Part shown: positions 56,991 to 64,000 of the stretch, piece by piece
Numbering within the stretch: the stretch's first letter is position 1
Layout of the letters: every line of letters begins with the position of its first letter
Source of the DNA: a virus
Lineage: Duplodnaviria; Caudoviricetes
Direction: 5' to 3' (one strand)
Length of the DNA: 64,000 bases
Virus record (IMG/VR): IMGVR_UViG_3300027804_000001
Coordinates: 32,001-96,000 of that record
Notes under the pieces: model-generated
Told to the model about the DNA's origin: nothing
Databases searched by the model: none
Seen by the model: only the letters and a program-made list of their open reading frames with translations
Program-made: the position numbers and the translations under genes

Positions 56991-58830
56991 AATTTGTGTT
57001 TTTTTTAAATCTAATTAAACTTTCAAATAATTTATAATTGGTTAAAAGTGATATTAAATTTTCAACCTTAACACCATCAGGTTCTCCCCATCCACCAAAC
57101 TTTTCTCCCGTATCTTTATTTGTATATTCTATTTTAACCATACCTGTATCACAATTAATTTCCGTAGATTTTAGTTTTACTTTTATGTGTTCGTTTTCGT
57201 ATGTTTTACTATAACTGTTAAAATATTTTTGAATGATTTGATTAAGTGTTTGTCTTAATTTCATACAACTACCACTACGTTCCACATCTTCTAAAATATA
57301 ATCAAAGAATTTGTCAGTTTCTTTTGTTAACTGATTTGATTCTCCATATTTTGGATATGTTACTTCATAATCATATATTCTTTCGAACTCATGTGCGTGT
57401 CCACAATAACCAACAAATTGATTTAACATTTCATTTAAATTATCTTCATCAGGTGCATTATCATATCCTTTCTTTAATAAGAACTGAACAAATTTTACAA
57501 TACCTAAACTAACATTATAACCACCACCATATTCTGAACTAACATCAATATCTTTTTTAATCTCATCGACCATTGTATCATTTCCATTTTCATAACTCGC
57601 ATATGATAAATCGGCAATATCTGACCAAAATGCATCTTGAATATCATCTTTTTCTTTAAATGTATCAAAGAAACTACTTAAGAAATTATCAAAATCTTTT
57701 ATTAAAAACTTTTGAGAGAATTCAGTTGCATTTTGAGTATAATATTCATTTAAAAATGATTGTAATTTTTCTACTTCATCTTCGTCCAAACCCATATCTT
57801 TCATATCGTCATAAACGAATTCCCACCCATGATTTGATTCATATTCATACCAACCCACGTTTTGTTCGAGTTGTTCTAAATCATCAATAATTGTTTCCAC
57901 ACTTATTTCAATTCTTCCCCCATCAATTGAAACGTTGACATTATTTAATAATTCAGATACTACATCTTCATCACTCGATAATATACCATTAACCAATTTG
58001 TTATTAATTTTACCAATTGATTTTTCAAATAATTGTAAACCAAATTCATTTGGTAAAATGTCTAATCTTTTAAGTTCATTTTTTATTTCATCACCACTAA
58101 CTTCTTTTGTAAAAGATGGAAAGAAATAATTAAATATTTCTTTATTTTCAGGTCTTACAATAAATTCTGATGTGTTAATTCTTCTATCGTCTCTGTCCAT
58201 ATATTGATTAGACTCAAAATGAAATTGGTATTTCTGGTCAGGATTTTGTTTATTAATCATTATAAACAAAGGACCTTGTGGTGAATATCTACTAAACATA
58301 TTACCTCTATCCTTATGTTTTTTATTTAAAGAATACGGTCCCCATGTTGTACACCACTCAGTATTAACACCCAAATAACAAGATGCCCTTTCAGTTAATG
58401 GTTGAAATATATACCAATTTTCTCCGTTATGTAAAACCTTAAATTCATCTTTAGAAAGTACTTTTAAAATTTCACCAAGACTTTTGGTATCCTTTGCAAT
58501 GTAATCTTTAACAACATTATACAAATCACCGAGTTCTTTGATTTTACCTAAATCTAACGGTATTTTGTGTTGATAAACATACTCAAGATATTCTTTCGCC
58601 TTATCTAAATCTTCTATTTGTAAACCACCCTTTTGAAATAATGATATAAGTAATTTTGCATACTTACCCATTCTTTGAATTTTACCACCATCAACAACAG
58701 ACTGAGGGTCTGAACCAACAATCTCTAAAAAATCATCATATGGAATTTTACTATAATATTTTTGGTAAATCTCATCACCAGATAGTTCATTTAGTAAATC
58801 CTCCAAAAGAATATTAAATTTCATATTCAT
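56989..58830 (-). CDS. Large hypothetical protein with WCT motif domain
   Basis: TEWCTTWG...FSRYSPQGPLFIMINK...KYQFHFESNQYMDRDD. Confidence 0.75.
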   Translation of the reverse strand: MNMKFNILLEDLLNELSGDEIYQKYYSKIPYDDFLEIVGSDPQSVVDGGKIQRMGKYAKLLISLFQKGGLQIEDLDKAKEYLEYVYQHKIPLDLGKIKELGDLYNVVKDYIAKDTKSLGEILKVLSKDEFKVLHNGENWYIFQPLTERASCYLGVNTEWCTTWGPYSLNKKHKDRGNMFSRYSPQGPLFIMINKQNPDQKYQFHFESNQYMDRDDRRINTSEFIVRPENKEIFNYFFPSFTKEVSGDEIKNELKRLDILPNEFGLQLFEKSIGKINNKLVNGILSSDEDVVSELLNNVNVSIDGGRIEISVETIIDDLEQLEQNVGWYEYESNHGWEFVYDDMKDMGLDEDEVEKLQSFLNEYYTQNATEFSQKFLIKDFDNFLSSFFDTFKEKDDIQDAFWSDIADLSYASYENGNDTMVDEIKKDIDVSSEYGGGYNVSLGIVKFVQFLLKKGYDNAPDEDNLNEMLNQFVGYCGHAHEFERIYDYEVTYPKYGESNQLTKETDKFFDYILEDVERSGSCMKLRQTLNQIIQKYFNSYSKTYENEHIKVKLKSTEINCDTGMVKIEYTNKDTGEKFGGWGEPDGVKVENLISLLTNYKLFESLIRFKKNTN

Positions 58831-58876
58831 AAATACTTCGTTTGACTTATTAACTTTTTTTTCTTATATTTTAAAT

Positions 58877-59263
58877 ATGGAAAAACCAATTGTTCATAAT
58901 GTATTGGAATGCCCCGAATGTAAGGTCCCAAAGGGGTGGGGTGAAGAAATCATCATTTGTAATCACGAATTATATTGTGGTAAATTATTGTGTTTCAAAC
59001 AGGGTGCCAAATTTTCTATGCATTATCATATGATAAAAGATGAAACTTGGTATGTAGATAAAGGTGAATTTATTTACAGATGGATAGATACCGAAACCGC
59101 CGAAGTAAATGAGAAAAAATTAAAAGTTGGTGATGTTGTTAGACAAAGACCGGGTCAACCACATCAACTTGAAGCAATAACTGATGGTGTGGTCTTTGAA
59201 GTCTCTACAGAACATTTTGATTCTGATTCATATAGAGTATGGAGGGGGGACTCCCAAAAATGA
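58877..59263 (+). CDS. Cupin-fold sugar isomerase-like protein
   Basis: SMHYHMIKDETWYV...PHQLEA..FEVST. Confidence 0.75.
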   Translation: MEKPIVHNVLECPECKVPKGWGEEIIICNHELYCGKLLCFKQGAKFSMHYHMIKDETWYVDKGEFIYRWIDTETAEVNEKKLKVGDVVRQRPGQPHQLEAITDGVVFEVSTEHFDSDSYRVWRGDSQK

Positions 59264-59661
59264 AAAAAGTTTGGATAAATGGTAGTTTTGATGTTTTACA
59301 TGTTGGCCACATTCGACTCCTTGAGTATGGTGCTGGTCTCGGGAATGTTAGGGTTGGATTGGACACTGATCAAAGAATCAGTGATAAAAAAGGACCCAAT
59401 AGACCGTACAATAATCTTGACGATAGGATTGAGTTTATATCATCTATTAAGTTTGTTAGTTCTGTTGTCACTTTTGGTTCAGACGATGAACTCATTCAGA
59501 GAATTATTGAATTTAGCCCCGATTATATGGTGATTGGTAATGATTACACCTATCAAACAATAATTGGTGTAGAACATATTCCGCAAATTATGTTTTTTGA
59601 TAAAATTAAAAATAAATCAACTTCTTCTATATTAGGATATGATAGTAACAGTAATAGGTGA
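59260..59661 (+). CDS. Cytidylyltransferase-family nucleotidyltransferase (RfaE/HldE domain II-like)
   Basis: Start refined to MKKVWINGSFDVLHVGH; KGPNRPYN, GNDY, STSSI. Confidence 0.85.
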   Translation: MKKVWINGSFDVLHVGHIRLLEYGAGLGNVRVGLDTDQRISDKKGPNRPYNNLDDRIEFISSIKFVSSVVTFGSDDELIQRIIEFSPDYMVIGNDYTYQTIIGVEHIPQIMFFDKIKNKSTSSILGYDSNSNR

Positions 59662-60382
59662 ATTATGTAATGATATTTTTGTTTATGGTGATGCCAGGAG
59701 ATTAAGTCCTGAGGCACCTGTTCCTGTTTTGACACATACACATGTTGAAACAAACTTAGGCATGGCAGGAAATGTCAAACAAAATTTATTGTCATTAGAT
59801 TCAACATTACGTATTAATTTATTTCATCAAAAAACTGAAATAAAAAAAACAAGATACGTTGATGATAAATCAAACCATATGTTTCTAAGAGTTGATGAAG
59901 GTGAGGATAATATCGATATTTTTGATGTAAATATATCAAAGGGTAATGCAATAAAGAATTCAGATATTGTTATTGTTAGTGATTACAATAAAGGATTTTT
60001 AAATGAAGAAACATTAATTGAAATAGGTAAAAATTCTAAATTATCTATTATAGATACAAAAAAGAAATTAACAAAAGAAATCATCGAAGCATTTAGTTTT
60101 ATTAAATTAAATGAACACGAATACAAAACAAATGAATCAATTTCAAACGAATACAAAGATAAATTTATTATCACATTAGGAATGAGAGGTGCAAAACATA
60201 ATGACATAATTTATCCATCACCGTCACCAAAACAAACTATGGATGTGAGTGGTGCTGGTGACACTTTTACCGCGTCTTTTATTTTGAAATATAAAGAAAC
60301 AAATAACATATCAGAATCAATTGTGTTTGCCAATTTAATGGCATCAATTGTAGTATCAAAAAGAGGAGTAACCACACCATGA
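59639..60382 (+). CDS. PfkB-family heptose-phosphate kinase (RfaE/HldE domain I-like)
   Basis: RLSPEAPVPV, GMAGNV, SDYNKG, DVSGAGDT. Confidence 0.88.
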   Translation: MIVTVIGELCNDIFVYGDARRLSPEAPVPVLTHTHVETNLGMAGNVKQNLLSLDSTLRINLFHQKTEIKKTRYVDDKSNHMFLRVDEGEDNIDIFDVNISKGNAIKNSDIVIVSDYNKGFLNEETLIEIGKNSKLSIIDTKKKLTKEIIEAFSFIKLNEHEYKTNESISNEYKDKFIITLGMRGAKHNDIIYPSPSPKQTMDVSGAGDTFTASFILKYKETNNISESIVFANLMASIVVSKRGVTTP

Positions 60383-61188
60383 GACACGCACTTGTAACAG
60401 GAAGTAACGGATTTATCGGTAAAAATTTATCTTATGAAATTTCAGATATCTTTATGGTATTTGGTATTGATGATGAGATTTTTGCTTATGATAAATGGAT
60501 GGATAAATTAAATGAAAAATTAGACGAGATTCAACCCGACGTTATATTTCACGTTGGTGCTTGTTCTGATACATTAGAACAAGATGTAAATTACATGATG
60601 ATTCGTAATTTTGAATTTACAAGAGTTCTTTCTGAATATTGTTTTGTAAATGAAGTACCATTAATTTATTCATCGTCAGCCGCAAATTATGGTACAAATA
60701 ATTTATACCCATCTAATTTATACGGATGGAGTAAGTATGCTGCGGAACAAGTTGTAATTTTAAATGGTGGTATTGCGTTAAGATATTTTAATGTGTATGG
60801 TCCTGGTGAAGAACATAAAGGAAACATGTCATCTGTTGCATTACAAATGATGAATAAAGTAAAAAATGGTGAAGATGTTAAATTATTTCCAGGTTCACCA
60901 AAAAGAGATTTTGTTTATGTAAAAGATGTTGTGGGTGCAAATCTATTCGCATTAGACAATTATGATGAATTATCATATAGATTTTATGATGTTGGTTGTG
61001 GTGAAGCAAGAACCTTCGAAGATGTTATGGAAATAATGGGAATACCATATACGTATCATAGTGAATTAGATGTACCAAATGGGTATCAATTTTTTACACA
61101 ATCCGATAAATCTAAATGGATGCCGGGATGGGGTCCTAAATATACTTTAGAGGAGGGACTCCAAAATTATTTTTTTCGAAACTTTTAA
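60379..61188 (+). CDS. hldD: ADP-heptose 6-epimerase-like SDR (HldD/RfaD)
   Basis: TGSNGFIG, FHVGACSDT, YSSSAANYG, YGWSK, RYFNVYGPGEEHKG. Confidence 0.8.
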   Translation: MRHALVTGSNGFIGKNLSYEISDIFMVFGIDDEIFAYDKWMDKLNEKLDEIQPDVIFHVGACSDTLEQDVNYMMIRNFEFTRVLSEYCFVNEVPLIYSSSAANYGTNNLYPSNLYGWSKYAAEQVVILNGGIALRYFNVYGPGEEHKGNMSSVALQMMNKVKNGEDVKLFPGSPKRDFVYVKDVVGANLFALDNYDELSYRFYDVGCGEARTFEDVMEIMGIPYTYHSELDVPNGYQFFTQSDKSKWMPGWGPKYTLEEGLQNYFFRNF

Positions 61189-61957
61189 TTTTTTTTATAA
61201 TATTGTCGGCGATTACTTTATGAAATTTTTTTGATGGATGTTTATCTTGTGGTGGATTATTTCCAAAAAATTCATAATCAGTACAAATAGATAATTCATG
61301 ATTATTTTTGGATGCTTCACTCATTGAATTATAAGTTATACCATCATATTTTATTTTTATCCAACGATTTGACATATAGTAATCGGATTCAATTAATTTA
61401 TCATAATCGTTTGTGATGTTAATAATGAATGGTATGATACCTCTTTCTTCATAAAATTGGAATGTTGTTTTTATTCTTGTGAAAAGTTGATTCAATAATT
61501 TGTCAGTATACTCTTCGTATGACGAAAATCCATATTGTTTTAACTTATTATACAGAATGTCTACATTACTATCAGTTAATCTAATTTCTTGTCCATTTTC
61601 AAATTGAAAATGACTTCTGTGTGGGTATGAAGTTTGTAATATAATGTAATCAACATCTTCGAACTGATAAGTTTCTTCAGTCCAATTTGTATTTGGTCTT
61701 TTTAAATGAAATAATTGATTGATAAAATCTAAACTATCTTCATCGTTACCCGAATAAGCTCGTCTCGTTATTTCAAACTTTTCGAATTCTTGTGAAACCA
61801 ATCTAGGGAACCTAAAAATATTTTTAACATTAAGGTGATGATATTTTTTTTCTGAATAATCATCACCGTTGTAGTATTTTTGGTATCTTTTTCTATCATA
61901 GAGCCATAAACCATGTCCGTGTGTATACGAACACCCGGCAAAAATTATACCACTCAT
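61136..61957 (-). CDS. SGNH-like hypothetical protein
   Basis: IFAGCSYTHG and DKHPS motifs. Confidence 0.55.
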   Translation of the reverse strand: MSGIIFAGCSYTHGHGLWLYDRKRYQKYYNGDDYSEKKYHHLNVKNIFRFPRLVSQEFEKFEITRRAYSGNDEDSLDFINQLFHLKRPNTNWTEETYQFEDVDYIILQTSYPHRSHFQFENGQEIRLTDSNVDILYNKLKQYGFSSYEEYTDKLLNQLFTRIKTTFQFYEERGIIPFIINITNDYDKLIESDYYMSNRWIKIKYDGITYNSMSEASKNNHELSICTDYEFFGNNPPQDKHPSKKFHKVIADNIIKKIKSFEKNNFGVPPLKYI

Positions 61958-62082
61958 AAATTAAAAACGGTCTTAATAATTGCGTAAGCAAATACTCCAA
62001 CAGTACCGACTATCAAAATACCAACACCAATAGCAAATATACTTATAACTGTTTCGGCTATTTTTTCAACGTTAAATTTCAT
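61954..62082 (-). CDS. 42-aa single-TM peptide (not in ORF track)
   Basis: MKFNVEKIAETVISIFAIGVGILIVGTVGVFAYAIIKTVFNL; ATGA overlap with the next gene. Confidence 0.6.
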   Translation of the reverse strand: MKFNVEKIAETVISIFAIGVGILIVGTVGVFAYAIIKTVFNL

Positions 62083-62086
62083 AAAT

Positions 62087-62848
62087 TTAATTTTTATATT
62101 TTCCTTCAATCCAATCAAGAATCCAAGTTTCTTTTAAATTTTGTCTCATCAATTCTAATGGTGAAAAGTTCACATTTGGTTTTGAATCAGTTTTTTGATT
62201 ATCACTTGGGATTGTTCCATATTTTTCAATTTCTGAATAATCAATAACGTGGTCTACTCTCGCTTGATTTTCTTTCCATTGTGATTTTTGGGTTAAAAAT
62301 AGTGTTTGAGCAACGTTACCTCTAAAAACTAAAACCATACAATTAGACCTATCGGTTTTAGATTTTTCACCATCGGGTTTACTTTTATCTACCGGTTCAT
62401 AATTTGTAAAAAATAATTTGGCGTCATTTCTTTTCATTGAAAAGGCTTGAGTAACCATTTGTTTTATTTTTTCACCTTCTTTACCTTCAGGATACTTTAT
62501 TTGTTCTGTTCTAACTGTTGGTGAATTTAATTCAAAATCATATATTAAAACTGCAAAATCCTTATCTTTCGGAAAATCGTATTTGTAAATATTTTCTAAT
62601 CTTTCTTTAATAATTTCTGCAATAGTATCTGTTAAAGTGTATTTCCCAATTATTTTAGTTTGTAATCCTCTTGGTAACCAACCTATTTTATTATTAAGTT
62701 CATGTCTAACATATTCTAAAACTAAATCGACACCATTTCTAAGTAATTCTAATCTATTGTTTTTTTGGTCAATATCATGATTATCTGGACGATTATCCAG
62801 TTCTTTCAATAAAGTTTGATATTGGGACTCAGAAATCAAGATTTTCAT
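62087..62848 (-). CDS. Hypothetical protein with N-terminal ISExQ motif
   Basis: Start refined to MKILISESQYQTLLKE. Confidence 0.7.
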   Translation of the reverse strand: MKILISESQYQTLLKELDNRPDNHDIDQKNNRLELLRNGVDLVLEYVRHELNNKIGWLPRGLQTKIIGKYTLTDTIAEIIKERLENIYKYDFPKDKDFAVLIYDFELNSPTVRTEQIKYPEGKEGEKIKQMVTQAFSMKRNDAKLFFTNYEPVDKSKPDGEKSKTDRSNCMVLVFRGNVAQTLFLTQKSQWKENQARVDHVIDYSEIEKYGTIPSDNQKTDSKPNVNFSPLELMRQNLKETWILDWIEGKYKN

Positions 62849-62903
62849 ATCAATAAATATTAACAAACATAAATAAAAAAACCCAACTATTCAAGTCGGG
62901 AGT

Positions 62904-62973
62904 CCAGTATATACTAGTATTAATTATTTCTAGTTATCTAGTGCTAGATTCTAGTACTAGATATAAATACTGG
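62904..62973. repeat. CTAG-palindrome cluster bounded by an inverted repeat
   Basis: Six CTAG in 62914-62960; CCAGTAT/ATACTGG ends. Confidence 0.7.
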
Positions 62974-63029
62974 GTAAAATGAAAAAGGTCTCCAAACGGA
63001 GACCTCTTAACATAAAAAAATAATTAAAT

Positions 63030-63239
63030 TTATAGGAATCTTCTAAAATTGGATTTAATTTTTTCGATTGATTCGTTAACCACAGGACTTTCCTCCTCAA
63101 CATCTACCTTTTCTTTATCTTCATCCTTCAACTGATTCATTTCATCGAATTTTTCTTCGTTGGTATCTTCAGCATAGGAATGTTTTCTTTCCATAATCAT
63201 TTTAAGTTGGGTTTCTGTGATTTTTATCTTCTTTGACAT
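63030..63239 (-). CDS. Hypothetical protein with N-terminal ITExQ motif
   Basis: MSKKIKITETQLKMIME. Confidence 0.7.
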   Translation of the reverse strand: MSKKIKITETQLKMIMERKHSYAEDTNEEKFDEMNQLKDEDKEKVDVEEESPVVNESIEKIKSNFRRFL

Positions 63240-63263
63240 GACATATTGATTTCTATATAAATA

Positions 63264-64000
63264 TTAGAAATTCTTAAATATTCTATCCAAATCACAGTCT
63301 CTTGTGATAAATTTATTATCCAATAACTTTTGTCTGTTTTCTTTGAAGAAATTTACCATTTCAACGGGTACAAATGGGTCCTTCTCTGAAATTTCAATTG
63401 CTCTATTTTTATTGTATCTAATGATATCTTCAATTCTATTATATAATTCTTTTAAATCTGAATTCTTATATTGATTAAAATTTTGAACCATTTTCATAAT
63501 TTTAATATCTAAATCCCTTTCATTGTCAAAACTATAATCGAATAGTTCGTCATATTTTTTGAAACCTAATTTCTCCAATTGTGAATTATGATGAAGTGGT
63601 CCTGATACCAATAAAGGTTGACCTATTAGTAAATTTTTGAATGTTTTCTCAGAAAAAAATATTTCGTGATTAGTATATAAAGATTCACCAACAAGGTTAA
63701 ATAGACATTTATTATTTAAAAGAAAATCGGTATTAAATTCCGTGTCTTGGTTAATATTATCAATGATATGGATTTTATCTCCCAAATCAAGTGTAAGAAT
63801 CTTTTCCTCCCAACATTTGAAGTTATAGGGATTGTGCCAAGATGTTGATAACATATTCCAAGAAACAAGACCGTGTTCAAACAACTCATTTTTACACAAC
63901 TCATCAATAATTAATGATCTATTTGGTCTTGGGTGTCTGTTTAAACAAAAGAATAATTTTTCAAATGATGTGTTGATGTTTATATCCTCAATTGGTCTAT
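63264..64000 (-). CDS. Hypothetical (possibly glycosyltransferase-like) protein, partial; 5' end beyond the window
   Basis: Frame open upstream of 63899 (..FCLNRHPRPNRS..); SEKTFKNLLIGQP..GF..YDELFDYSFD. Confidence 0.7.
   Translation of the reverse strand, partial: RPIEDININTSFEKLFFCLNRHPRPNRSLIIDELCKNELFEHGLVSWNMLSTSWHNPYNFKCWEEKILTLDLGDKIHIIDNINQDTEFNTDFLLNNKCLFNLVGESLYTNHEIFFSEKTFKNLLIGQPLLVSGPLHHNSQLEKLGFKKYDELFDYSFDNERDLDIKIMKMVQNFNQYKNSDLKELYNRIEDIIRYNKNRAIEISEKDPFVPVEMVNFFKENRQKLLDNKFITRDCDLDRIFKNF

Overview
AT-rich (about 30% GC by eye), gene-dense segment of a large, probably jumbo, bacteriophage of a Bacteroidota host. Host-type TAnnTTTG -7 promoters, almost no Shine-Dalgarno sites and Bacteroidota-style lipoprotein/outer-membrane cargo support the host. 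No capsid, terminase or polymerase gene lies in the window, so phage identity is inferred from gene content. Contents: a chaperone divergon (Hsp20, N-terminally truncated ClpC); an RNA-repair cluster (PNK-like kinase, Rnl1-type ligase, cyclic-phosphate receiver-like protein); an 11 kb island of secreted, lipoprotein and beta-barrel genes (CsgG-like, lectin plus dockerin/cohesin-like) bracketed by a 26-bp direct repeat; 26 tRNAs covering all 20 amino acids plus a 170-nt expanded tRNA-Asp-like RNA; an 830-nt GOLLD-like ncRNA; a tmRNA; glycosyltransferases; a heptose-nucleotide module; a GH19 endolysin; many hypothetical virion-type proteins. Main finding: each of the two main tRNA transcription units is preceded by a 34-codon leader ORF with a mutually exclusive antiterminator/terminator. 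Each leader's codons sample the tRNA species encoded downstream of it, down to split codon boxes (ATT/ATC vs ATA, CGT vs AGA, TCN vs AGT). This looks like a ribosome-stalling sensor that switches on replacement tRNAs when the matching host tRNAs fail. The regulatory logic is inference and needs testing.
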